From an uncultured Methanosarcinales archaeon (GTDB lineage: Archaea > Nanobdellota > Nanobdellia > Woesearchaeales > GW2011-AR9), in assembly GCA_964552945.1 (NCBI GenBank), contig CAZKIP010000004.1, forward strand, positions 25,794-89,793: DNA of 64,000 nt. The letters are read 5' to 3'. Shown one piece after another: positions 9,938 to 20,583 of this stretch. The position numbers and the translations under genes are program-made. The notes beneath the pieces were generated by a model that saw nothing but the letters and a program-made list of their open reading frames with translations, ran no database searches and was not told the DNA's origin. Positions within the stretch are counted from its first letter, which is position 1; every line of letters begins with the position of its first letter.

Positions 9938-11245
9938 TTATTCTTTTTCTAATTTGACATAATCAAAAGTACACTTAGAATTAGAATTACTTTGACAGGT
10001 AAGGTGGACTTTTGTAGGGATCTCTTTTGGAATACACTTTGTTTCAAATCCTTTTGAAGAATTATCAACAAAATAAGTAACTAAAGAACCTTTTTCAACT
10101 CTGAATTTAGTAGTTTGATATTTTGTTAAAGGACCCTCACACCCATTCACTATTTTTTCGCAAGTCTCATTTGAATTTCCGCAAAAGAATGTTTCTGATT
10201 TTGGAATGTAACCAAATGAAACTCCACCTTTGTCACTTGCAACACCTACTCTTACTTTTACTCCTTTATTACTATCAACTTTCCATCTAGCTTCGAATAC
10301 ATAAGTACCATTGCCCAATGTAACTTGTTTTTTGCTTTCTAAGAAACAAGAACCTTTACCATTAACAATTAAGTTTAATTTACCTTCTTCAAAATCATAA
10401 CCTGCTTTACTTCCACATGGTTTCTCTTCCCACCTACCATCCAACTCCTCGCCACTAAAGTCATCGCAAAACAACTCGTCCCCAGAACAACTAAATACCT
10501 CGTCCTTAATCTCTTTACAATTTGCATTCAAAGCATCGTAAGTGTCTTCATCAAAAATGTTCTTAGCCAAACCTCTCTGAACCAACAAAGGCATACCCAA
10601 AGGATTCGCAGGTGTTAACGAAAACCATTTCTTATTTGCAGGCAAATCATCCAATAATCCATGCTCCATCAACCAATCAATTTTATCATAAAAATATTTT
10701 ATCTTCCCCGTTGGATCAAAATAAGAAATTAACTCTACACTTAACTCGCGACCTTTAATTAAAGTTTCAGTAGTATAAATCCCATTACAAATATATTCGT
10801 TCCCAGAAGTCCATTTTAACAAATCATAAACAACTCCTTGAGAATCTTGGTCAAACAAAGTTACTCCCGGAGATGCTTGAACTACCAACTTCTTCTTCCC
10901 AGTTAAAGGAAAAGCCATTACATTATCATACTTTTTAGCAAGAGGAAAAACGGCCATGCCTCCTTTTTCAGAAAGATAAATATCTCCTTTCCTCCATTGA
11001 TATAAAGTTACATCAACACCGGCTTGAGGAGTTCCAGAATCATCAACAACTTCAAGTTCCTGCTCTCCAGAAAAAACTAAACCAGCGGAATCTGTTGTTC
11101 CTTGCAAAATTTTCATCTCTAAATTTTGTTCAACTTCTACAGAAGCATCTGGTTCAACGAACTCATCGGGTTCAGAAGTACCGCAAGCTGGCAAAGCTAC
11201 GCATAATGATAAAAGTCCTCTGAGTAATTTACTTTCCAAACCCAT
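9938..11245 (-). CDS. Putative lipoprotein with a C-terminal ConA-like/jelly-roll domain
   Basis: Lipobox-like VALPAC-GTSE after a short hydrophobic leader. The C-terminal domain starts LFCDDFSGEELDGRWE and ends FDYVKLE, as in lectin/glucanase-like domains. Confidence 0.6.
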   Translation of the reverse strand: MGLESKLLRGLLSLCVALPACGTSEPDEFVEPDASVEVEQNLEMKILQGTTDSAGLVFSGEQELEVVDDSGTPQAGVDVTLYQWRKGDIYLSEKGGMAVFPLAKKYDNVMAFPLTGKKKLVVQASPGVTLFDQDSQGVVYDLLKWTSGNEYICNGIYTTETLIKGRELSVELISYFDPTGKIKYFYDKIDWLMEHGLLDDLPANKKWFSLTPANPLGMPLLVQRGLAKNIFDEDTYDALNANCKEIKDEVFSCSGDELFCDDFSGEELDGRWEEKPCGSKAGYDFEEGKLNLIVNGKGSCFLESKKQVTLGNGTYVFEARWKVDSNKGVKVRVGVASDKGGVSFGYIPKSETFFCGNSNETCEKIVNGCEGPLTKYQTTKFRVEKGSLVTYFVDNSSKGFETKCIPKEIPTKVHLTCQSNSNSKCTFDYVKLEKE

Positions 11246-11319
11246 GGAGAGATAAAAAGGGCCATTTTTTAAAAGACTATCTAAGAAAAGTTTTTATATC
11301 TCGGCAACTTGATTTTAAT

Positions 11320-11997
11320 ATGAAAAAAATAATGGTGTTAGTGTTCTTCCTATTAGCAACCTCAGTAGTAGCACAAGTTTGCTTCTTAGAAAATGAAAGT
11401 TCTTATTATTGTCAAGAAATGGACAAAACTAAAGCCCAATCGATTTGTGAAGACGAATGCCAAATAAAAGAAACTCATTGCTCAACACTTCCAGAATGTC
11501 AACCTGTCTTTTGTCAAGATAATTGTAAAATCACTTTCAAAGGAGTCTGTGCAAAAGAAGTTCCTGCGGGAGAAGAAGCCAATTGTGTTGCACCAATAAA
11601 ACAAGAAGTTAAAGAAGTAAAAGAAGATTCATCAAACTCAGGACTATATTTCGTCATTTTTTTACTAGCGTTAATGGGGGGCATTTTCTGGTTTTTCAAA
11701 AAGCATCATGGAAATAGGACTGCTCAACAACCTCAAGGAGATAGCTGGGCTTCAACAATTATTCCAGAGTCAGAAGAAAGGCTTAATTGGTTAAAAAAAC
11801 AATTTGGAAAAAAGATGAAAAAGAAAAAAAGAGGACAAATTCTTTTCGAATTGGGGATTCCTTTGGACAACAAAACCCATGTTTCAAAATTAAGTAGGAT
11901 GATTAGGGCTCACGAGAATAAAAAGGATAAGAAAAAAGGAAAAACTTTTCATAATTTGGAAAAAATGGCTAGAGACAAATATTTTGGCAAAAAATAG
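11320..11997 (+). CDS. Small type-I membrane protein: Cys-rich head, TM helix and basic cytoplasmic tail; short paralog of 12054..18476
   Basis: Signal peptide MKKIMVLVFFLLATSVVA, 10-Cys domain, TM LYFVIFLLALMGGIFWFF and a Lys-rich tail. Confidence 0.75.
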   Translation: MKKIMVLVFFLLATSVVAQVCFLENESSYYCQEMDKTKAQSICEDECQIKETHCSTLPECQPVFCQDNCKITFKGVCAKEVPAGEEANCVAPIKQEVKEVKEDSSNSGLYFVIFLLALMGGIFWFFKKHHGNRTAQQPQGDSWASTIIPESEERLNWLKKQFGKKMKKKKRGQILFELGIPLDNKTHVSKLSRMIRAHENKKDKKKGKTFHNLEKMARDKYFGKK

Positions 11998-12053
11998 TAC
12001 TTTCTCTTCGTCGGAATATTTATAAACGTTAAAGGTTTCTTTTAAGGCTGTAG

Positions 12054-15000
12054 ATGAATAAACAAAAAAGAGGGATGTTTATAGTAGTTTTTAGTATATT
12101 TTTATTAGTTCTAGCTATATCAGTTTCTGCGGAAGAAAGTGGATGTTTTCTTTACAAAAAGGCCAGCAAAGGAGTGTATTGTACTTCCGGTATTTTGAAA
12201 TCTGTGGCTGTGAAGGAATGTAAAGATGATTGTGATATTACTAAAGATTTCCAAGAAGGAAAATTATGTAACCTCTTTCCAGAATGTAAACAAGTTTTCT
12301 GTGATTTAGATTGTCTTGAGAAACCCTTGGGTCTTTGTCAAGAAGAAGGAGGTAAAGAACTTTCAGATGACCAATACCAAAGTCAATGTGAAGCGGTTTG
12401 TTGTGTAGAAAAATATCCTAATGTGGACCAACTTGTGTGTAATTATCCTATGACAGAACAGGCATGTAAGGATAAAATAAAAATAAAACCAGGGATTTAT
12501 ACCCCCTACCATATTGCGGGAGGAAGTGAGGAAGATAAAGCAGCCAAATGTCAAATTGATTATTGTAAGGAAAAATTGGCTGAGGGTTCTCTCGAAGGAG
12601 TAATCAAGGATGTAGATGGGCCAGTTTCAGCAACAATTTCTTTAATTGGGAAAGATAAAACAGATTCTTTAGCAGATGGAAAATATTCCTTTCCAAAACT
12701 TGATCCAGGAACATATCCTGTTGAGGTTAGCAAGGAAGGTTATCAAACTGCTCAAGCAACAATTTCTATAGGGATTGGGGAAAAAAAGTCTTACGATTTT
12801 ACTTTAAATAAATTAATTATTGGTGCCATAGTTTCTGGAGTGGTTAAAGATGCTCAAGGACAACTTGTTGATGGTGCTACAGTTCTTTGGAAAGGGACTT
12901 CAATTACAGGGTCAACAACCACTTCTGCAGGAGGTAAGTTTTCTGCAAATTTACCAGAAGGGAAGTTTACTTTTACGGCTAATAAAGTTGGTTTTGAACA
13001 AGGTAGCAAGGAACTTGCGGTAATAAAAGGCACAAATAAAATAGAATTGATTTTAACGGGAACTCCAAAAACAATTTTGTCAGGAACGGCATTTTTAGAT
13101 AAGAATTCTGATAACAATTTGGATGCAAATGAAAAAACACCGGCGGTACAAATTTTTATTGATGGGAAACTTAGAGCAAGTTCACAATATGAACCTTTGG
13201 CAACTTATAGCATCGTTATGGATTTACAGAAAGATGAAGAACAACATTCCATTTCAGCAACTTATCTGAATGGTGAGTATGTTTTTGGACCAAAATCTTT
13301 TAAAATTACTAAAGCAGGTTTACAATATGATGTTCTTCTAAAAAAACTTGTAGGAGTATGTACGGCCGATGGTACCGATCCACAAAAAAAGGTTGATACT
13401 CTTAATTTAAATCATCTCCCTGGAGAGATAGGAGTTAAGCTTTCTTGGATAAAACCTTGTCCAGAAGTTGAAGGGTATGAAGTTGAAAGGAAAGGAGCAG
13501 AGGGGAAAACTAAAAAATTCATCTTTAATGGAGCAGAGAACTCTTATGTTGATAAGGAAGGATTAGAGTGGTTAGAAACTTATGAATATAAAATAAGGGC
13601 AGTTTACAAAGATGGAGGAATAAAATATTCAGATTATTCTCCTTCAAAATCAATCAAATTGGGTCAAAAGGAATGTGAAGGAAGGTACCTAAAAGATTGG
13701 GAAACTTTTTGTGAACCACATGCTCCTTACCAAGCAAATCAAATTTATACTTGTAGTAACAACAACGTTATTATTCCTGCTAAAAACTGTCCTCCGGGAT
13801 TGTTATGTGCACCATCAAACGATCCAAGAAAAGCAACTTGTATGGGCACAGATGCCTGTTTTGCTGACTTAGGACTTTTTGGACTACAAAGTACTGCCAA
13901 TCAATGTTATGGGATTAAAGATAAAGGAGATTCTCCTAAAAACTTCTGTTACTATGACCAAACTCATACGATTGTAGACTCTTGTAAAGTATGTTTAGAA
14001 TTGGAAAGTTGTTTTGATTACAAGAGTAAGGGGGCGTGTGAAATAAACAATTGTTTAACAAAACCTTGTGAATGGGTAGATGCAGCTTCAAACAAAGAAG
14101 TTCTTGACTATAGTCAAATTTTCAAAGGCTATGATAAAGATTCTTTGCTAACTACTAAGGAAACGGGCGCAGGGTATTGTATCGAAGAAAAATACGATAA
14201 CGATGATAAATGTTCTTTATGTAGTTCTTCAGCATCTCTTTTGGAAAATTTTTATTGTACTGCTGAAGTATGTACTGGTTTAGGAAGATGTTTCTCTAAT
14301 CCTCCTTATTTGGGAAAAGGGGCTTTATCTTCATGTAATGAATGTGGAGAAAGTCCTGCGAAAAATACAAATTGTTATACTTATGGAAGTAAATTGGAAT
14401 GTGAAGGAGAATCTCCTGTAAACATGGATATTAAGGGAAAGATTATTCCTTCTGCTGACAATTGTAATTGGGGAACTTGCAGATGGATAGGTAACAATAA
14501 AGATGGAAAGTGTGTTAAGGATGCGGATGTTGACAAACAAGTTACCGATGATTGTCAAGGTTTTAAAGGAGCAGACAAGGATTTATGTAAGAGCGACAAC
14601 ACTCCTCCAAAAACTTCCATTGTGGGAGATTTTACTTTTACGGTTTCTTCTGTGAACACCAATGTAACTTTAGAAGGAGATGAAAGTATTAACAAAAAGG
14701 GATGGCAAGGAAATCATTTGGGAGTGGCAGGAATTTGTTTAACCAGTGCTAGTTCTGACAAATGTTTGATGGAAAATTTTGTTAAAAAGCCTTATCCTGG
14801 TTTAAAATTTAAGGAAGAAGTTACTTTAAATCTTTATGAACAGTTGAAAGATAAAAAAATAGATGGAGAAATTTATCTCTTAAAATATTTCTCACAAGAC
14901 AGGTATTTCAACCAAGAAAATGTTCAAGAAGCGCAGATTTATGTTGATAACGTCCCTCCAGAATTTACAATTAAATCCACAAAAAAGACCCTTGGTGATA

Positions 15001-18000
15001 CGACTGATTTAAGTGTGTTTTTAGAAGATCTTAGCGAAGCAATGTCTTGTGACTTTGAACTAACTCCTCTACTGCCTTTGGGAACTAAAGTGAATAAAGC
15101 TGTTTCCATTACTGAACAAAAAATGGTTTCATTCCCTGGGTTAAAAGTGGTTAGGGCGGATGTAAAGGTTACTTGTAAAGATTCTTTGGGTAATGAAAAT
15201 AGTAAAAATAAAACATTTGTTTTTGATTTAGAAAAGAGAATAGAAATCTTATCACCAGAACTTGAGAGCATTCTTAGTAAAACCACTTTAACATTTGAAG
15301 TTAAGACCACTATAGATGCAACTTGTTCTTTATTCAATCAAGCTAAGAATCAGAAAGTTGCTGATTTCAAAGCTTCTTCAGATTTAAAAATTCACAAAAC
15401 AGATGCAATCCCTGGTTTCATTGAAGGTGATTATTCCGCTTCTCACAAAGTAATTTGCACAGACGTTGTTACTCAAGGAACTATGGAAGATTTCTTTAAT
15501 TTTAGGGTTGATTTCACTCCACCAAACACAGAAATTATTTTGAAAGAGGGTAAAAGGGTTGAGAAACCAGTGAAGTATGGATGGGAAGAATTTTTTGTTA
15601 AAGATGTGGAAGTAACCCTCTCTTGTAAGGCAGATGGCTTTTCTTGTGAAAAAAGATTTTATTGTTTAGGAAAAGGATGTGGACTAAAGTCCACGGGGAA
15701 ATTCGTAGAGTATACCGCTCCCTTTAAAGTAGATAAAACAACGAGTATCTGCTATTTCTCAAAAGATAAATCGGGGAATGAAGTTGTTCAGCCCTTCTGT
15801 GGAAAAATTATTGTTGAAGGTTATGGTTTAATTTTGGAAAGTCCTCCAATTAAAATGTTCGAAGATGAAATATGGGGAATAAGTAACAAACCACAATTTG
15901 AATTAAGGTTTACAACAAAAGTTTCTTCAAAAATATGTAAGTTAGGGTTGAGTGAAGGGTTTGATTACGATAAAGTTGATTTAGATAGAGTTTTGGAAGG
16001 GAAGGGAGGAAAATATATTTTTCCCAATTTCCCTAGCGGTTCCCTTGGTGCTTACCCCGAAAAAGGAGGAGTAAAAACCTTATATGTTGTTTGCGAAGCA
16101 GGTGATGGAGGGCTTAGTCCTGAACATGTCGTTCATATAGAGTATGACCCCTCTGCGCCAGAAATAATTGATCAAGGAGCTGAACCAAATAAAATTTTGA
16201 AAGAAAAAACAACTCGTTTATTTGCAACTACTGATGATAAAACCTTTTGCAGATATAGTGATAATTCTGCTGGAGATGGAAGTAGCGATTATTTAACAAT
16301 GGAATATTCGTTTCCAGGACAAGATAAAAATACTTTGTTCAAGAAACATGAGCAACATTACTCTATTTCATTTGTAGGTCTGAAGAAAGATTATTTGTTT
16401 AATGTTCAATGTAAAAATGGGGCAGACGATTTTTCAAAAGTTGAAGAGATTAAATTCGAAGTTGATTACACGGAAGAAAGTAAAAATGATGAAAAAAATG
16501 ATGATGGGACAGATAAAGTTACTGAAGGTTTTATCCTTAAAGCATCTCCTCAAGGAGGATATCTTCAAGGAACTTCCGCAAACTTATTTGTAGAAACCAG
16601 TAAAAATGCAATTTGTAGATATAAGCTAGGTAGCGAATACCAAAACTTTAATGTTACCGGAGAAAAAATTCATACTTCCACTTTGTTAAGCTTACCAGAT
16701 AAGGATTATCTAATCCCAGTAAGTTGCATAATGGGAAAGAAGACCGCTACAGCTTTACTTTCTTTTACCATAGACACAACTGCTCCAAGTGTGATCTCAG
16801 TAGAGGATGGGAATTATACTTGTGGAAGTAAGGAATGGTCAGTGATGGTGGAAACAAGCGATAACAATATTTCTGGTTATTATTACGAAATTTATGATAA
16901 TGGATTAATTCCTAGCGTTGCTTACAAAAAGATTTATGGTGAACAAAAATCAACTCAACTTGGAAGCGGGTATACGGGATACTATTCAATTTATGAAACT
17001 TTTTCAGAAAAGAATTATTCAAAGTTTTTAACAAATAAAAGTAAAGAAATTCAGAAGGGGGTCGTTTACAACAAATCTGTTGGTCCAACTTTGCCCTTAT
17101 CTATTCCAGTTTCAGAATTTAAAGAAGACCACATTTATTATACTAAAGTTTGGACATGGGATGCGGTCAAAAACCAAGGAAATCCTAAAGAGAGTGATGG
17201 TATTGCGGTTGTGCAAGAAAACTCTTCATTTTGTGTAACCACGAAAGAAAATAATGTGGCTCCAAAAGTAGATTATGTGGTTAATGATTCAAGTTGTTTG
17301 AAAACGGTAGTTAAATTGAAATGTTCTAGTCCAACTGGATGTAAGAGTATTGAGTATGGCATTTCTACTGCTTCATCAGAATGTCAAGCAAATAAATCTT
17401 ACAATGGAAAAAATTTGCTTATTAAAGGAAAGAAATGGGTTTGTTACACTGCTTCTGATTATACGGGAATTAATGTGAGTGGCAAAAAGTTGTTTACTTA
17501 TGTTGATCAGGATGGAGACAGTGTTAGAGACAAAAAAACTTGTGATCTTTGTTTAAAGACACCTGCTGGAAAAATAGTTGGTAACGATGGTTGTTCATTA
17601 GAACAGTTGACAGATGAAGAAGCTGGAAAAGACGAAGATAAAGATGGTTTGCCAGATTCTTGGGAAAAATTAAGATCTCGAGAAGGGTGCTTGTTAAGTC
17701 CGTTCAGTAAAGATTCAGATGGTGACGGAGTAGATGATGCAACTCAAGATTATGATGATGATGGAAGGAGTAATCTGCAAGAATACTACGCTGGTACAGA
17801 TCCTTGTGTAAAAGACGATGACTTTTTCAGTGATGATCTTTACAAATTTGATGAAGAAGAAGATGAAAAGAAAGTTGATGACAAAAAGAAGGACGATAAG
17901 AAAAAACCAACTACGGGAGTTTCAACTACAAAAGAAAAGGAAGAAGAATCTATCCTAGCTTTAATATTGATGTTAATAGGTCTTCTACTTATCCTTGGTG

Positions 18001-18476
18001 GAACTGGTTATTTAGTTTATTATTACTTATATTCTCCGCAGTCTAAAAAAGGAGAAACAGGGTTTGTAAGAACGGAACCAACAAAACAAGCGGTACAAAA
18101 ACCAGCAACTTTCAAAGAGAAATTCTTCGCTTGGAAGAAAAAAGACACTATTGAGAAATCTAAAGAGAAAAAGAGAAAATCGTTGTTTGGACAATTTTCA
18201 AAGTCTTCTTCAAGCATTCCTCCATTAGAAAAAGCTTTGAAGGGGAAAGGTTCTGACTTATCTCGTTTAGGTAACTTAGCACAACATTATTCCGAACATA
18301 AGGAGGAAATTAGGCCTGGGTTAAGGAAAGAAGAGAAAAATGTTTTTTCTAAATTGGACAAGATAGCTGGAAAAACAAAGGATAAAAAAATCCATGAAGT
18401 TGTTAGTAAGGATGAAGCAAAAGATATTTTTGGAAAGTTGAAAGATATCAGCAAAAAGAGAAAGAAAAGAAAATGA
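12054..18476 (+). CDS. Giant membrane-anchored surface protein (2140 aa): Cys-rich head, carboxypeptidase-regulatory-like (CarboxypepD_reg) repeats, FN3, Ig-like repeats, TSP3-like Ca-binding repeats, TM anchor and cytoplasmic tail
   Basis: Signal peptide ...LAISVSA. GKYSFPKLDPGTYPVEVSKEGY repeats; FN3-like LSW...YEVER...YEYKIRAVY; repeated D(N/T/F)T(P/A)P Ig linkers; DKDGLPDSWE/DSDGDGVDD/DYDDDGRSNLQEY; TM ILALILMLIGLLLILGGTGYLVYYY. Confidence 0.85.
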   Translation: MNKQKRGMFIVVFSIFLLVLAISVSAEESGCFLYKKASKGVYCTSGILKSVAVKECKDDCDITKDFQEGKLCNLFPECKQVFCDLDCLEKPLGLCQEEGGKELSDDQYQSQCEAVCCVEKYPNVDQLVCNYPMTEQACKDKIKIKPGIYTPYHIAGGSEEDKAAKCQIDYCKEKLAEGSLEGVIKDVDGPVSATISLIGKDKTDSLADGKYSFPKLDPGTYPVEVSKEGYQTAQATISIGIGEKKSYDFTLNKLIIGAIVSGVVKDAQGQLVDGATVLWKGTSITGSTTTSAGGKFSANLPEGKFTFTANKVGFEQGSKELAVIKGTNKIELILTGTPKTILSGTAFLDKNSDNNLDANEKTPAVQIFIDGKLRASSQYEPLATYSIVMDLQKDEEQHSISATYLNGEYVFGPKSFKITKAGLQYDVLLKKLVGVCTADGTDPQKKVDTLNLNHLPGEIGVKLSWIKPCPEVEGYEVERKGAEGKTKKFIFNGAENSYVDKEGLEWLETYEYKIRAVYKDGGIKYSDYSPSKSIKLGQKECEGRYLKDWETFCEPHAPYQANQIYTCSNNNVIIPAKNCPPGLLCAPSNDPRKATCMGTDACFADLGLFGLQSTANQCYGIKDKGDSPKNFCYYDQTHTIVDSCKVCLELESCFDYKSKGACEINNCLTKPCEWVDAASNKEVLDYSQIFKGYDKDSLLTTKETGAGYCIEEKYDNDDKCSLCSSSASLLENFYCTAEVCTGLGRCFSNPPYLGKGALSSCNECGESPAKNTNCYTYGSKLECEGESPVNMDIKGKIIPSADNCNWGTCRWIGNNKDGKCVKDADVDKQVTDDCQGFKGADKDLCKSDNTPPKTSIVGDFTFTVSSVNTNVTLEGDESINKKGWQGNHLGVAGICLTSASSDKCLMENFVKKPYPGLKFKEEVTLNLYEQLKDKKIDGEIYLLKYFSQDRYFNQENVQEAQIYVDNVPPEFTIKSTKKTLGDTTDLSVFLEDLSEAMSCDFELTPLLPLGTKVNKAVSITEQKMVSFPGLKVVRADVKVTCKDSLGNENSKNKTFVFDLEKRIEILSPELESILSKTTLTFEVKTTIDATCSLFNQAKNQKVADFKASSDLKIHKTDAIPGFIEGDYSASHKVICTDVVTQGTMEDFFNFRVDFTPPNTEIILKEGKRVEKPVKYGWEEFFVKDVEVTLSCKADGFSCEKRFYCLGKGCGLKSTGKFVEYTAPFKVDKTTSICYFSKDKSGNEVVQPFCGKIIVEGYGLILESPPIKMFEDEIWGISNKPQFELRFTTKVSSKICKLGLSEGFDYDKVDLDRVLEGKGGKYIFPNFPSGSLGAYPEKGGVKTLYVVCEAGDGGLSPEHVVHIEYDPSAPEIIDQGAEPNKILKEKTTRLFATTDDKTFCRYSDNSAGDGSSDYLTMEYSFPGQDKNTLFKKHEQHYSISFVGLKKDYLFNVQCKNGADDFSKVEEIKFEVDYTEESKNDEKNDDGTDKVTEGFILKASPQGGYLQGTSANLFVETSKNAICRYKLGSEYQNFNVTGEKIHTSTLLSLPDKDYLIPVSCIMGKKTATALLSFTIDTTAPSVISVEDGNYTCGSKEWSVMVETSDNNISGYYYEIYDNGLIPSVAYKKIYGEQKSTQLGSGYTGYYSIYETFSEKNYSKFLTNKSKEIQKGVVYNKSVGPTLPLSIPVSEFKEDHIYYTKVWTWDAVKNQGNPKESDGIAVVQENSSFCVTTKENNVAPKVDYVVNDSSCLKTVVKLKCSSPTGCKSIEYGISTASSECQANKSYNGKNLLIKGKKWVCYTASDYTGINVSGKKLFTYVDQDGDSVRDKKTCDLCLKTPAGKIVGNDGCSLEQLTDEEAGKDEDKDGLPDSWEKLRSREGCLLSPFSKDSDGDGVDDATQDYDDDGRSNLQEYYAGTDPCVKDDDFFSDDLYKFDEEEDEKKVDDKKKDDKKKPTTGVSTTKEKEEESILALILMLIGLLLILGGTGYLVYYYLYSPQSKKGETGFVRTEPTKQAVQKPATFKEKFFAWKKKDTIEKSKEKKRKSLFGQFSKSSSSIPPLEKALKGKGSDLSRLGNLAQHYSEHKEEIRPGLRKEEKNVFSKLDKIAGKTKDKKIHEVVSKDEAKDIFGKLKDISKKRKKRK

Positions 18477-19021
18477 TGTTTGGAAAAAAAGGGATGGGTA
18501 TTGCACAGGCTTTTATTTTTATAGTTGTAGCTTTGACTTTCGCATTAATTATGATTTTTGGGTTTAAAGCAGTACAAGATTTTTTGGATAAAGGAGAAAA
18601 GGTAGTCTTTTTACAATTTAAAAATGATTTGGAAACTTCAGTGAAACAAATCTACACCAACTATGGGGCCGTAAGAATTAAAGATTTCCGAGCACCTGGC
18701 CAATATGAAAAGATTTGTTTTGTTAACATGGACATTAAACCCACTGAAGAGGATTTAGATGAACTCTTTCAGGAAGATTTCTATGCTAGTGAAGTATGGA
18801 GAGAAGCTTGGAGTAGAGACGATGTTACGGGAATTAAGGCTGTGGAAGAAAATGTTTTCCTTTCACCTAAAGTAGATACTATTCAAATGAAGATTCACAA
18901 AATCAAAATTTATGGAGAAAAGAATGAAGGATTTCTTTGTACAAAAATTGAAAAAGGATCTTTTCGTCTAGTCCTTGAAGGTAAAGGGGATAGTACGGAA
19001 TTATCCCTTCCCGAGCCTTGA
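18473..19021 (+). CDS. Type IV pilin-like protein (class III signal)
   Basis: KKG/MGIAQAFIFIVVALTFALIMIFG; ATGA overlap with the upstream stop. Confidence 0.75.
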   Translation: MMFGKKGMGIAQAFIFIVVALTFALIMIFGFKAVQDFLDKGEKVVFLQFKNDLETSVKQIYTNYGAVRIKDFRAPGQYEKICFVNMDIKPTEEDLDELFQEDFYASEVWREAWSRDDVTGIKAVEENVFLSPKVDTIQMKIHKIKIYGEKNEGFLCTKIEKGSFRLVLEGKGDSTELSLPEP

Positions 19022-19023
19022 TA

Positions 19024-20082
19024 ATGTTTAAAAAAGCCCAGATGCAGATTGGATTTAATTGGATTTTTGTTTTGATAGCTGGGGCGGTAATTTTACTTTT
19101 TTTTGTAGGTATTGTGGTTAAACAGCAACAAGTTTCTGAAGAAAATTTAGCAAGAGATATTGTAGGAACGATGGATTCAATATTTACTGCAGCTAGAGTT
19201 TCGGATAAAACTAAGAATGTAATTCCACTAAGAGGGTTAGAGAAAGAAATTTTATTGTTTAGTTGTGAGGATAGTGTTACCGAATTCTCGTTAAAAGACC
19301 AACCATTTAGGGAGCAGAATAATATTGACCCCCTTTTTTCGCCAAATGAAATAAAATCTTCAGAATTATTTTTAATAAGTTTGCCTTACAATTTACCCTA
19401 TAAAACTCTTGATTTTTTAATGCTAACTTCTCCAAGTGTGAAATATGTTTTGATTGGTAAAAAGGACTTGCCTTTTGTAGAAGAATTTCTTAATCAAACG
19501 GAAGGATTTAATGTAAAATATTTGCCAGAAGCCAAGTATGCTAAGTTGGACATAACTAGGGAGCTTCAGTTAAAAATTATTGATTTAGAAGGAGGCTTGA
19601 TTGTGGAAGGAGCCAAAGTTCCAGGAATTTTCGATGTGCTTGCAGATAAAAATGTTCGAGCAGTTTCTTTTTCAGGAAACCAGATTACTTATTATCAGAG
19701 GGAAGGAGATAGTTGGGCTTCTATGCATCAAGAACCTTTGCCTTTAATCTCTGTGGGAGGAGAGAGAGATGCCGCCAAATATGCCGCTATATTTGCTCAT
19801 GATGATTTGAATTATTGGTGTAACATGCAGAAGGCTTTCAACAGAATTTCTTTTGTTGATGAAATTTATCGTCAAAAAATAAAAGAGATGCTTCTGTATT
19901 ATGATAAAACAAAAAGTTCTTCCTGTGCTTCTGATACAAAATCTCTTTCTAAATCCTTAGAGGTTCATCAGGGACAAGCAGATATTTGTGAAAGGGATTC
20001 CTGTTCCGGATTTGTTGAAGAATCTAAGAAAATAAGAGAAACTAACCAGTTTTTGAAAGAATGTGAGATTCAATTATATTAA
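19024..20082 (+). CDS. Type IV pilin-like protein, large (class III signal)
   Basis: MFKKA/QMQIGFNWIFVLIAGAVILLFFVG; ATG 19024 preferred over TTG 19018. Confidence 0.75.
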   Translation: MFKKAQMQIGFNWIFVLIAGAVILLFFVGIVVKQQQVSEENLARDIVGTMDSIFTAARVSDKTKNVIPLRGLEKEILLFSCEDSVTEFSLKDQPFREQNNIDPLFSPNEIKSSELFLISLPYNLPYKTLDFLMLTSPSVKYVLIGKKDLPFVEEFLNQTEGFNVKYLPEAKYAKLDITRELQLKIIDLEGGLIVEGAKVPGIFDVLADKNVRAVSFSGNQITYYQREGDSWASMHQEPLPLISVGGERDAAKYAAIFAHDDLNYWCNMQKAFNRISFVDEIYRQKIKEMLLYYDKTKSSSCASDTKSLSKSLEVHQGQADICERDSCSGFVEESKKIRETNQFLKECEIQLY

Positions 20083-20088
20083 ATAAAA

Positions 20089-20583
20089 ATGAAATTAAGC
20101 AAGAAAGCTCAAATAAGGATGACTGAAACAGTCTCGGTCTTATTCATTTTTTTTATTTTGGTAGCTTTTGGGATGCTTTTTTATGGGAAATATCAGGAAG
20201 GTGCAGTACTTGAGAAGGAAGAAGAGTTATTTGTTAAAAAAGCTCAAGATATTACCACTAAGCTGATTTATCTTCCCGAAATTGCTTGCACTAGAGGAGA
20301 TTCAGAGGCGGAAGCATTTTGTTTTGATTTGATGAAGTTAAGATCTGCCGGACAGGTGTTAGAAGATGATTACTATTTTGACATATTTTCATTTGCAAGA
20401 ATTACAATTAACCAAACTTATCCTAAAAAAGAGGAAGACATAATTATTTATGAAAGGCTTCCCAATGAAATTAAGAAAATCACCCCTTCAAGGTTTATAG
20501 TAGCTTTGAAAGATCAAAGTGAAGGAATTAATGGTGTTTCTTCATACCATTTTGGATTTGTTAAGGTGGAGGTTTTTTCATGA
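20089..20583 (+). CDS. Type IV pilin-like protein (class III signal)
   Basis: KKA/QIRMTETVSVLFIFFILVAFG. Confidence 0.78.
   Translation: MKLSKKAQIRMTETVSVLFIFFILVAFGMLFYGKYQEGAVLEKEEELFVKKAQDITTKLIYLPEIACTRGDSEAEAFCFDLMKLRSAGQVLEDDYYFDIFSFARITINQTYPKKEEDIIIYERLPNEIKKITPSRFIVALKDQSEGINGVSSYHFGFVKVEVFS

Noticed and set aside
742..12131. Counting the KRG in the leaders of the 1770-aa and 2140-aa proteins as class III signals
   Set aside because: Their hydrophobic stretches end in small-residue signal peptidase I-type sites (SVVG, SVSA), so ordinary Sec signals are more likely. They were not counted as pilins.
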